From Clostridiaceae bacterium (GTDB lineage: Bacteria; Bacillota; Clostridia; Acetivibrionales; DTU013), in contig JBDKVA010000076.1 in the NCBI GenBank assembly GCA_039679375.1, forward strand, positions 2,139 through 66,138: a stretch of DNA of 64,000 nt. Reading direction: 5' to 3'. Each line of letters opens with the position of its first letter. The first letter of the stretch is position 1. Below, piece after piece: positions 26,528 to 35,400 of the stretch. The notes under the pieces were generated by a model, which was given only the letters and a program-made list of their open reading frames with translations, was not told where the DNA came from and searched no databases. Position numbers and translations under genes: made by a program.

Positions 26528-28129
26528 ATGAGCATAGACGTTAAACCAATTAATGTAGGTGCTATGGATTGCTTTGAAAGTATTTTTGCATCCGTACTGG
26601 AATGGAAGAAAATCCATCATGAAATCCTATGGATCAATTCCATAGGATTTGATTTTATAAGGGACGATAATGCTGCAACAGACAAAATTGGCAAGAGAGT
26701 AACTGCAGGTAAAGACATTTTTGAATTCAACAGCTTTGCAAAAGAGTTTTTAAACATATATTGCACGGAGCATTTAAAAAAAGATCCTGATGAGGATTTG
26801 ATCGCAATCACGGGCGAAATATCGGAAGGCCGTCCCGTTATGCTTTTGATCGATCCATTCTGGCTCCCGTGGAAAAAGGAAGCATACGGAGTGCACCATT
26901 TATTGCCGGGACATTCATGTCTTGCTGTCGGAATGGATAATGAAATAATTCATTGCATAGATACTGTACCAAAGATATTGGATGACGCCATTTTACCAAT
27001 AAGTGATTTTAAGCAGGGCTGCAATGCATATATTACGTTTTGCTTTGACAATAGCATACCGTTGCGGTTGTTGCGTGACGATCTATTAGACATGATGATT
27101 GGCAACCTGAAATATTCTTCGTATTATACGGACTCTTTTCGTGCTATGAGGGAATTTGGCAGATGTGTGAATGAATTGCCCGATTATTCATTAGAGACGG
27201 CAGGCTATACGGAACATACCTTCTGGCTGGCTCCTATAATAAATAGCAGCGACAGGATTTTTAGATCATATGGCAAATTTTCAATGCTGGTAGAATTTCT
27301 TAATACACAATATCATATGGATATACCATCAACGGTGCCGGAGCTTATTGAACGTGGAGAACTGATATGGAATACGGTTTTGGGTCTTTTCACAAAAGCA
27401 TTTTTTTCTCCCGGGAAAGCGAAAGCAATTTTAACCAGGACGTCAGCAAAAATTATCGAAGCAGCAGACACTGCGGAAGAGATATGCAATGAATTACAGA
27501 AATTTAGAAATAATGATTATACCTCCATGTCAGCAGCGCATGAAAAAAACAGTCCCCAAAAGGGCAGGAGTATAAAAGATGTAACCTTCATCAATTTAAC
27601 GGACCATTTTAATAATAAAGGCTTCGGCAGAGGAATTTCACCGGATAACAGAGCGGACCTGAACGGGTTCGGATATTACCTTCTATCAGACGGCATCCCT
27701 GATGATATATGGGCGGTACAGGAAATAAAATATCAGCTTCCTGATTTATTTACTGATGATAATGACAATATATCCTGCGACAATCAAGTCGTTGATATCC
27801 GGCCGGGACGCTACAATGGCATTTCTATACTTGGATGCGCAGAGGCAAGAAATCAAGGGGGCTTTTTGAATATATTTTATTCAGACGGGAGCAGTGATGA
27901 AATAATTGTAAAATTCACAGATTGGTGCGCCAAACCGCTTTTTGGAGAAACGGTAGCATGGACTGGTTTACGGGTATGCAAATACGAAGGGAAAGCAACA
28001 GTCTGCGAAGAAAAAGCTAATTTATTGATTCAGCAGTATGAGATCAATCACAACAAAACAGTTGTAAAAATAGTATTGCCGGACTGCTGGAATCTTCATA
28101 TTTTTGCAATATCGCTGTTCAGATATTGA
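26528..28129 (+). CDS. Free-standing BtrH-like (papain-fold Cys/His) protein with an additional ~190-aa beta-rich C-terminal domain
   Basis: 533 aa. The N-terminal 'GAMDCFESIFASVL' (Cys15), 'EGRPVMLLIDPFWLPW' and 'GHSCLAVGMD' align in order and spacing with the C-terminal domain of the last megasynthase (59690-60720). The C-terminal domain is not recognised. Confidence 0.55.
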   Translation: MSIDVKPINVGAMDCFESIFASVLEWKKIHHEILWINSIGFDFIRDDNAATDKIGKRVTAGKDIFEFNSFAKEFLNIYCTEHLKKDPDEDLIAITGEISEGRPVMLLIDPFWLPWKKEAYGVHHLLPGHSCLAVGMDNEIIHCIDTVPKILDDAILPISDFKQGCNAYITFCFDNSIPLRLLRDDLLDMMIGNLKYSSYYTDSFRAMREFGRCVNELPDYSLETAGYTEHTFWLAPIINSSDRIFRSYGKFSMLVEFLNTQYHMDIPSTVPELIERGELIWNTVLGLFTKAFFSPGKAKAILTRTSAKIIEAADTAEEICNELQKFRNNDYTSMSAAHEKNSPQKGRSIKDVTFINLTDHFNNKGFGRGISPDNRADLNGFGYYLLSDGIPDDIWAVQEIKYQLPDLFTDDNDNISCDNQVVDIRPGRYNGISILGCAEARNQGGFLNIFYSDGSSDEIIVKFTDWCAKPLFGETVAWTGLRVCKYEGKATVCEEKANLLIQQYEINHNKTVVKIVLPDCWNLHIFAISLFRY

Positions 28130-28241
28130 TTCGAGATCTATACTTATGGTTCTTTACATATGTCTTTATGCCAATAAATAAAAATGTATCTATGATGAAT
28201 TATGTCGAAATATACAAAATTTATATATAGAATGTTAACTA

Positions 28242-28270
28242 TTGACTTTTTTAAAGATTATAAATATAAT
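28242..28270 (+). promoter_or_regulatory. Near-consensus sigma-A promoter in front of the PKS/NRPS operon
   Basis: TTGACT, 17-nt spacer, TATAAT, 46 nt upstream of the thioesterase start. It sits in an A+T-rich 186-nt gap. Confidence 0.55.
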
Positions 28271-28315
28271 ATTTAAAACGACATTAATGTAATTAATGGG
28301 AAATGGTGTATATTT

Positions 28316-29056
28316 ATGAGGGGATCCGAACATTTGTCAAGTATAATAAAGTTATTCTGTTTCCCCTATGCAGGCGGTTCAGCATCCGTATACGGTAAAC
28401 TGAAACAGTATTTGGATAAAAATATTGAAATCGTACCTATTGAGTATACCGGAAGAGGAAAAAGGATAAATGAGAAGTTCTATACCGATATTTCCGGTGC
28501 AATCGACGATATTTATGAAGTGATCCGCAAACATATTAATGGTCATGAGTTTGCATTTTTAGGTCACAGCATGGGATGCGTCATTGCTTATGAAATTTGC
28601 AAAAGAGTAAGGGAGGATTGCGGAAGGGAACCGGCGCACATTTTTGTATCGGGAAGATATCCGCCGCACGTCAGGAAGAAGAGTACCATTTTACATACTC
28701 TCCCAAACGACAGGTTTAAAAATGAAATTATGAAAATAGGAGGTACTCCGAAAGAAATATTTGAAAATGAAGAATTGTCACAAATTTTTATTCCCATACT
28801 GAAGGCTGATTATAGGTTGGTAGAGCTTTATGAATTTCAGGATGAGAATGTAAGATTCAACTCCGGGATCACCGTATTAAGCGGTAAGGATGACAAAATA
28901 GTTGAAAAGGATGAATTATATGAATGGCAAAAGTATTCATTCTATGCAATAGATTTATATGAATTTGACGGCGGACATTTTTTTATCAACAACTATGTTA
29001 AGGAAATAGCGGAGATCATTAATCATTCACTAGACGTTCGTTCTATACCGGTATAA
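28316..29056 (+). CDS. Type II (editing) thioesterase
   Basis: 246 aa with 'FCFPYAGGSASVY', nucleophile elbow 'GHSMG', and 'GKDD' / 'GGHFF' at the C-terminus. Confidence 0.9.
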   Translation: MRGSEHLSSIIKLFCFPYAGGSASVYGKLKQYLDKNIEIVPIEYTGRGKRINEKFYTDISGAIDDIYEVIRKHINGHEFAFLGHSMGCVIAYEICKRVREDCGREPAHIFVSGRYPPHVRKKSTILHTLPNDRFKNEIMKIGGTPKEIFENEELSQIFIPILKADYRLVELYEFQDENVRFNSGITVLSGKDDKIVEKDELYEWQKYSFYAIDLYEFDGGHFFINNYVKEIAEIINHSLDVRSIPV

Positions 29057-29082
29057 TCTAAAACGCCTGTTTATGGAAGGAA

Positions 29083-31059
29083 ATGAACATGCTCGATAGT
29101 GGAATGTCGACGACCGTTTTTTTAGTTTCGGGTGCATTTATACTTGTAACAATATTTCATCTCTTCATACTTCTTAAAGAGATCGTGACGAAGCAGCGCA
29201 GTTTTCGAACGAAAGGGATAAAAGATGCTGGTACTGTTCTATTTTCTTTCGCACTTATCGGCGCGATTTTTTATTGCCTCTACAAGGCTCCGTTTGCGTT
29301 GTTTTACGGAACAACATGGGAAATGATTGATGAATTCGGACCTTCACTACTTATTAAAGTAGCTGTTTGCATGGTTTTTGTCATCCCATTATTTTATCTG
29401 TATTTTATTCTTTCACACTTCTTTGTTAAGAAAAATGGCAAGCCCTATTTTTTGATTATTATACTCAGCATATTGAGTGCGTTAGGGAACTCGATGATTA
29501 TTGTAATAATAAATCAGGCGCTAAACAGGGTAATGGGAGATGAAAGCCGCAGGGCCGGGATAGAAAGCGGATTATACCTATACTTCCTGCTGGGTATTGC
29601 GCTTTTTACAGTAAGCGCAATGATCGTCAGAAAAAAGTTAATTGTCATTACAAGCCAGATGGTTTACGAAAAGCGGGTAGAGATTATCGACAGGTTAATG
29701 AACGCTCCCTATGAAAAATTTGAAGCGATGGAAGACGGCAAGATACATGCCGCCCTTAATAATGACACCGAAGCAGTCAGCGGGTTTGTTAATGCATTAG
29801 TCAATGGATTGACCGGAGTTATTACATTAATTACATGCTTCATCTATTTGGGAACAATCAACCTGTTAGGAATGCTTTTCTCAATTTTAATGATATGCGT
29901 TGCCGTAGGACTATTCCTTTCTGTCAGTGACAAAGCGGAAAAGAAGTTTGAAGAGAACAGAGATATACAAAATCATTTTTTCAGGTTTATTAATGATATG
30001 GTAAAAGGCTTTAAAGAGCTGTACATAAATAAAAAGAAGTGCCGTGAATTCACGGATGATATTCAAAAAAGCTGCCTGGATTACCGGGATTCACGCGTCG
30101 AAGGGGAGTTCAGCTTTGTCGGAGTCTCAATATTGGGGGAAATACTTTATATCCTGGTAGTCGGTATTGTCGTGTTTATTTTCCCGTTGATATTTCCGAA
30201 TCTGGAGAACACCAGACTAAACAACTATGTTCTTGTATATTTATACATGGGCGGGATCGTAAATCAGGAAATTTACCTGGTGCCGGGAATCATGCGGGTG
30301 CTGGTCAGCTGGAGAAGGATAAATCAATTTATAAATGAGCTTTCATCCCAGAATCCTGCAAACCGCCATACTTCTGCTCCTTTAAACAACAAGGCTGCTT
30401 TGGATATAAGCTTGAAAGACGTCAGGTTCCAATACAAAAATGAAACCGGAGAAAACTTCTCTGTAGGTCCTCTCAATTGCAACTTCAAATCAGGAGAAAT
30501 TGTTTTCATATCCGGTGGAAACGGGAGCGGCAAATCAACTCTGGTCAAGCTGCTGACAGGTCTTTACAGACCTGATGAAGGCAATATTACCATAAATGGA
30601 CTTCCTGTTGATACAGAAACTCTCGGGAGCTGCTTCTCAACTGTTTTCAGTGATTTTTTTCTTTTTGACAAAATGTATGGCATCGACTATGAAAGGAAAA
30701 CTGCGGAAATCAGTCACTACCTGGATGTGCTGCGTATCCGGGATAAAGTCCGGATATGCGACGGAGTATTCAGCACAGTTAAGCTTTCTACCGGACAGAG
30801 GAAAAGGCTGGCTCTTTTGATCAGTTATCTGGAGGACCGCCCTGCTTATGTTTTTGATGAATGGGCGGCAGATCAGGATCCGGAATACAGGAACTTCTTT
30901 TACAGGGCATTGCTGCCCGAACTGAAGGCAAGAGGCAAGGCGGTTGTTGCCATAACGCATGACGACCGCTATTTCAGTGAAGCGGATATACATATAAAGA
31001 TGGAAACAGGTCAGATCATCAGCTGTGTAAGGAATCACGCACAAGCTGTGACTGCATGA
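29083..31059 (+). CDS. Cyclic-peptide-type ABC exporter (SyrD/YojI-like fused TMD-NBD) with an N-terminal extension
   Basis: 658 aa. Walker A 'GGNGSGKST', signature 'LSTGQRKRL', Walker B 'YVFDEWAADQD'. About 110 extra N-terminal residues carry about 3 additional hydrophobic helices. Confidence 0.85.
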   Translation: MNMLDSGMSTTVFLVSGAFILVTIFHLFILLKEIVTKQRSFRTKGIKDAGTVLFSFALIGAIFYCLYKAPFALFYGTTWEMIDEFGPSLLIKVAVCMVFVIPLFYLYFILSHFFVKKNGKPYFLIIILSILSALGNSMIIVIINQALNRVMGDESRRAGIESGLYLYFLLGIALFTVSAMIVRKKLIVITSQMVYEKRVEIIDRLMNAPYEKFEAMEDGKIHAALNNDTEAVSGFVNALVNGLTGVITLITCFIYLGTINLLGMLFSILMICVAVGLFLSVSDKAEKKFEENRDIQNHFFRFINDMVKGFKELYINKKKCREFTDDIQKSCLDYRDSRVEGEFSFVGVSILGEILYILVVGIVVFIFPLIFPNLENTRLNNYVLVYLYMGGIVNQEIYLVPGIMRVLVSWRRINQFINELSSQNPANRHTSAPLNNKAALDISLKDVRFQYKNETGENFSVGPLNCNFKSGEIVFISGGNGSGKSTLVKLLTGLYRPDEGNITINGLPVDTETLGSCFSTVFSDFFLFDKMYGIDYERKTAEISHYLDVLRIRDKVRICDGVFSTVKLSTGQRKRLALLISYLEDRPAYVFDEWAADQDPEYRNFFYRALLPELKARGKAVVAITHDDRYFSEADIHIKMETGQIISCVRNHAQAVTA

Positions 31060-32414
31060 ATAAAAAGACGGGAAAGCAGCTTAGATCAATAAAAAGTGGG
31101 GTTCATGGAATGATAAAGAGGTTTTTTACAGTTTGCCTGCTATCCATATTTCTGCTCCAATCAGGATGCAGCAGTGTGATATCCGTTCCTTCCGCACCGG
31201 TCGGCAGCTACAGCGTCGATGGGGTAAGCATTACGGATAAAGGTAATTACTTTAGTGTTGTACTTGATTTTACCACCGGTCTGACACACAGGCAGGTCGG
31301 AGAAGCTTATGCAAAGGGAATACTGCAGTTGGTGCCCGACTATGAAGCACTTGTTGATTCATACATTGCTGAAAATATTATTCATTCCGATTACAAACCC
31401 GCTTTTAACCGTATAGAGGACATTAAACCCGGTATAAATGATGATTTTATAGAAGAGATCGATGCAATGGCGTCAGTTTTGTCCGGTGGCGGGAATGATT
31501 TGAGAAGAGATGGAAAAGTGTCGCGAAATGAATTTTATCTCTTTAACCTGTTCACAGATGTAGTTCGTGGTACCCAATGCAGTTATATCTCGGTTTTCGG
31601 AACGCGTTCCGCAACGAAAAAAACGATCACGGGAAGGAACCTGGATTGGTACGGAGGCAGCAGGAACCAGCTTCCAAGGCTCCAGGCAGTAATTACCCAC
31701 CTTTATCCTGACAAAAAGGTATGTTCTATCGGTTACATGGGTTTTATGGGAGTTATTACAGGTTTTAATGACAGCAGGATTTTCGCGGGTATCCTTGATT
31801 CAGGTACAAATGCGGCATATACATCCGAAGGAAGGCGCTCCTATGTTTTTGATCTGAGATATGCGCTGGAGAATATGAGAACGATGGATGATGCGGCGGA
31901 ATTTATGAGAGATCCCTCAAAGCTTTATACATATAACCATATCATCGGGTTTTCCGATCCGGACAGGAGCATTATTCTGGAAAATAATTTCAGCGGGAGC
32001 GGATCGGACGGGAACAGAGTAAAACGCGCAATAAGAGAGAGCGATTCCGGGCTGAACAAAAATATAACCTGGGGGATCAGTAATGCCGCAGCTGCAGTAA
32101 ATTCCTTTGTGCTTTACGGTAATCATGATAATCATACACCCAATAAATATAATACGAAAAGGTGGTCAAATATTAAAACACAATTGCAGAATGAAGGCTC
32201 AGAGGTATCCTCCGAGAAAATGAAGAGGATCATTTCCTATAACCGCGGCAAACCGGGCAACTTTTCCGAGAGCGGCGATATTTATAATAAAATGACTTTG
32301 CAAATGATCGTATTTCAGCCGGATACCCTGTCGCTTGAGATTTATTTTCGTCCGAAGGGTAACAGGATCAACCCGGTTCAACCTGTTTTTGAAAAGATTG
32401 AGGTTTTTGAGTAA
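31056..32414 (+). CDS. Secreted or lipid-anchored Ntn-hydrolase-like protein (peptidase C45 / acyl-CoA:6-APA acyltransferase-like)
   Basis: 452 aa; 4-nt overlap with the exporter gene. Signal/lipobox-like 'FTVCLLSIFLLQSGCSS'. 'GTQCSYISVFG...ITGRNLDWYGG' resembles the self-processing Gly/x-Cys nucleophile and the 'GxNxDW' motif of C45/C59 Ntn hydrolases. An alternative start is ATG 31110. Confidence 0.5.
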   Translation: MNKKTGKQLRSIKSGVHGMIKRFFTVCLLSIFLLQSGCSSVISVPSAPVGSYSVDGVSITDKGNYFSVVLDFTTGLTHRQVGEAYAKGILQLVPDYEALVDSYIAENIIHSDYKPAFNRIEDIKPGINDDFIEEIDAMASVLSGGGNDLRRDGKVSRNEFYLFNLFTDVVRGTQCSYISVFGTRSATKKTITGRNLDWYGGSRNQLPRLQAVITHLYPDKKVCSIGYMGFMGVITGFNDSRIFAGILDSGTNAAYTSEGRRSYVFDLRYALENMRTMDDAAEFMRDPSKLYTYNHIIGFSDPDRSIILENNFSGSGSDGNRVKRAIRESDSGLNKNITWGISNAAAAVNSFVLYGNHDNHTPNKYNTKRWSNIKTQLQNEGSEVSSEKMKRIISYNRGKPGNFSESGDIYNKMTLQMIVFQPDTLSLEIYFRPKGNRINPVQPVFEKIEVFE

Positions 32415-32446
32415 TAAACGATGAGATAGAATGGGGGAAGCGAAAA

Positions 32447-35400
32447 ATGTCCCAATATGCTACTCTTGTTGATTTGATCAAGGCGAGAAAAGAAGAGGAA
32501 CAAAAAGGAATAACATTCATTCTCGGCGATAAGGAAGAGCGCTATGTATCATATAAGCAGCTGTACCTGACGTCTTTACGGCTTCTGTATACTCTCCGGC
32601 AATCAGGCTACAGGCAGGGAGACGAGGTCCTGTTTCAAATCGAGGATAACGAGCGCTTTGTTTATTCCTTCTGGGCATGCATTCTTGGCGGTATGATACC
32701 TGTACCCGTATCTACAGGCAATAACGATGAACACAAGCTGAAGCTGTTTAAAATATGGGGTAAACTGAAGAATCCAAGAGTGATCATATCAGCCGAGTTC
32801 CTGAACAAAATGGAAGCATTCGCCGAAAAAAACGGATTAAGCGCTCAAATGGAGGCTGTCAGGAACAGCGCGACGTTTATTGAGGATGCCATTCAGACAG
32901 AGATGTATGGGGATATTTGCCGCCCCGACCCGGAAGATATTGTACTGATCCAATTTTCATCGGGCTCCACAGGCGACCCGAAAGGTGTGATCATTACACA
33001 TGGAAATGTTCTGACAGATTTGAACGCAGTGATCCGGTGGGAGCATATCGGCATGAACGACGCCGGACTTAACTGGATGCCTCTTACGCATGACATGGGG
33101 TTGATCGGCACGCACATAAAAGGGATCATGGCATGCATAAACCAATTCAATATCCAGACACAGCTGTTTATAAGGCATCCCTCCCTATGGATCGAAAAAG
33201 CCAGCGAGCATAAGGCTACCTTGCTGTACTCGCCTAATTTCGGATATAAACATTTTCTGAAGTTCTATAATCCTGAAGCAATGAAGGAATGGGATTTGTC
33301 AAGCGTACGTCTGATTTTCAACGGGGCTGAGCCGATATCTCTCGACCTCTGCAATGAATTTCTGGACAAGATGGCTGTCTATGGTCTAAAGAGGAATGCC
33401 ATGCATCCCGTATACGGCCTGGCGGAAGGTACCATTGCCGTTGCCTTCCCGAATGACGGCGAAGAATTATTGTTCCACACGCTTGACAGAAACCATCTTA
33501 GGATCGGAGAAACAGTAGTCGACTTATCGAATGAAAATAAGAATTCCATTGTTTTTTTGGACGAGGGTTATCCGATTTACAATAGCTTTGTCCGCATCTG
33601 TGATGAAGAAAATCATGATATAGGCGAAAACAGGGTGGGCTGCATTCAGATATCGGGAGGAAATGTCACTTCGGGATACTATAATGACATTCAGGCTACA
33701 AAAGAGGCTATAACACCCGATGGATGGCTGAAAACCGGCGACCTTGGCTTCATGAGGAACAGAAGGCTTACCATCACCGGGCGTTCAAAGGATGTTATTT
33801 TTGCAGCCGGGCAGAATTTTTATTCCCATGATATCGAGCGCGTCTGTGAATCGGTTGATGGCATGGAACTTGGCAAAATAGCGGCAGCGGGAGTATTCAA
33901 TGACCGCCTGGGATGTGATGAACTGATTCTTTTCGTCATGTACAGGCAAAAGCTTGAATCCTTTATTCCTGTTGCAGCAAGCCTGCGGAATGCGATCAGC
34001 CGGAAAATGGGTATTGAGGCCACGGAGATCATACCGGTAAAAAATATCCCCAAAACAACGAGTGGAAAGCTTCAACGGTATAAATTGCGTGAGGAATACA
34101 TAAATGGGGAGTATGACTTCATCAAGCAGCAAATGCATGCTTTACTGGAAGAAGATTTTAAAAGAAGGGAAATTGTTCCGCCTGCTAATCCCATCCAGGA
34201 AGAGCTGGTTAAAATATGGTCGGAGGTTCTGAACATTGAGCGGATAGGTATCCGGGACAATTTCTTTGATTTGGGAGGGGATTCCTTACGGATTACCCAA
34301 ATCGCTTCCAGAATTAGAGATCGTTTTCAAGTCGATTTGAATCAGGCAGCGCTTTTTGAAAATACTGATATACAAAAGCTTGCAGAGGTGGTGGAAAATG
34401 CGGCTTGCAAGCGGAAAGACACGTCTGGTGAGATCCGTACGGCAGCGTGTTTAAGTGAAAGGGCTCCCCTTTCCTTTGCGCAGCAAAGGCTATGGTTTCT
34501 TGACCGCCTGCATTTGCAAAGCCCCCAGTATAATCTGTATACGGGGTTTATTTTGAAAGGCATCCTGAATAGGGAGGTACTGCAAAAGAGCCTTAATAGT
34601 ATCATGAAGCGGCATAAAATATTGCAGTCCTATTTTATTGAAGAAAACGGTAAACCTGTGCAGATGCTGGACCAGGAAGCTATAATGCCACTGAAGTATG
34701 TCGACTTGAGGAACATACCGGAAGCGGACAGGAGGACAAAAGCCGAGGATCTGGCAAAAATGGAAGCGGGAAAGTCCTTTGACCTTGAAAAGCCTCCGCT
34801 TATCAGAGGCAGGCTGATCTGCACCGGTGATGCGGAGCATATGCTGATTTTAGCGGTACATCACATCGTTTTTGACGGATGGTCTTTCGGAATACTCCTG
34901 CATGATCTGAATCTATTTTATGAAGCGCTTCTGAATGGAGAGGAGCAAACGCTGTCTGAGCCGGATATACAATATGCTGATTTTTCCAGGTGGCAGAATG
35001 AAAATGAATGGCCAGGATATTTGAACGGGCAGCTTGCATATTGGAGGAAGCAGCTTGAAGGCCGCTTGCCCGTATTGGATTTGCCGCTCGACAATCCAAG
35101 GCCTCCGGTCCAAACCTACAATGGAGCAAGGTTTACATGCGGCATTCCGGCGGAACTGGTGAATAAGCTGCAGAAATATGCAAGGAAAGAGAATGCAACA
35201 TTGTTCATGGTGCTGCTGGCGGCATTTAAAACTCTTCTATGCAGGTATTCAGGCCAATCGGACATCATTGTAGGCTCGCCCATAGCTAATAGAAACCGGA
35301 AAGATATTGAGGGCTTGATTGGATTTTTCACCAACAATATTATCCTGCGCACCCGCTTTTCAAATAAGATCGTGTTTAGCGAGCTTTTAGCAAAGGTGAG

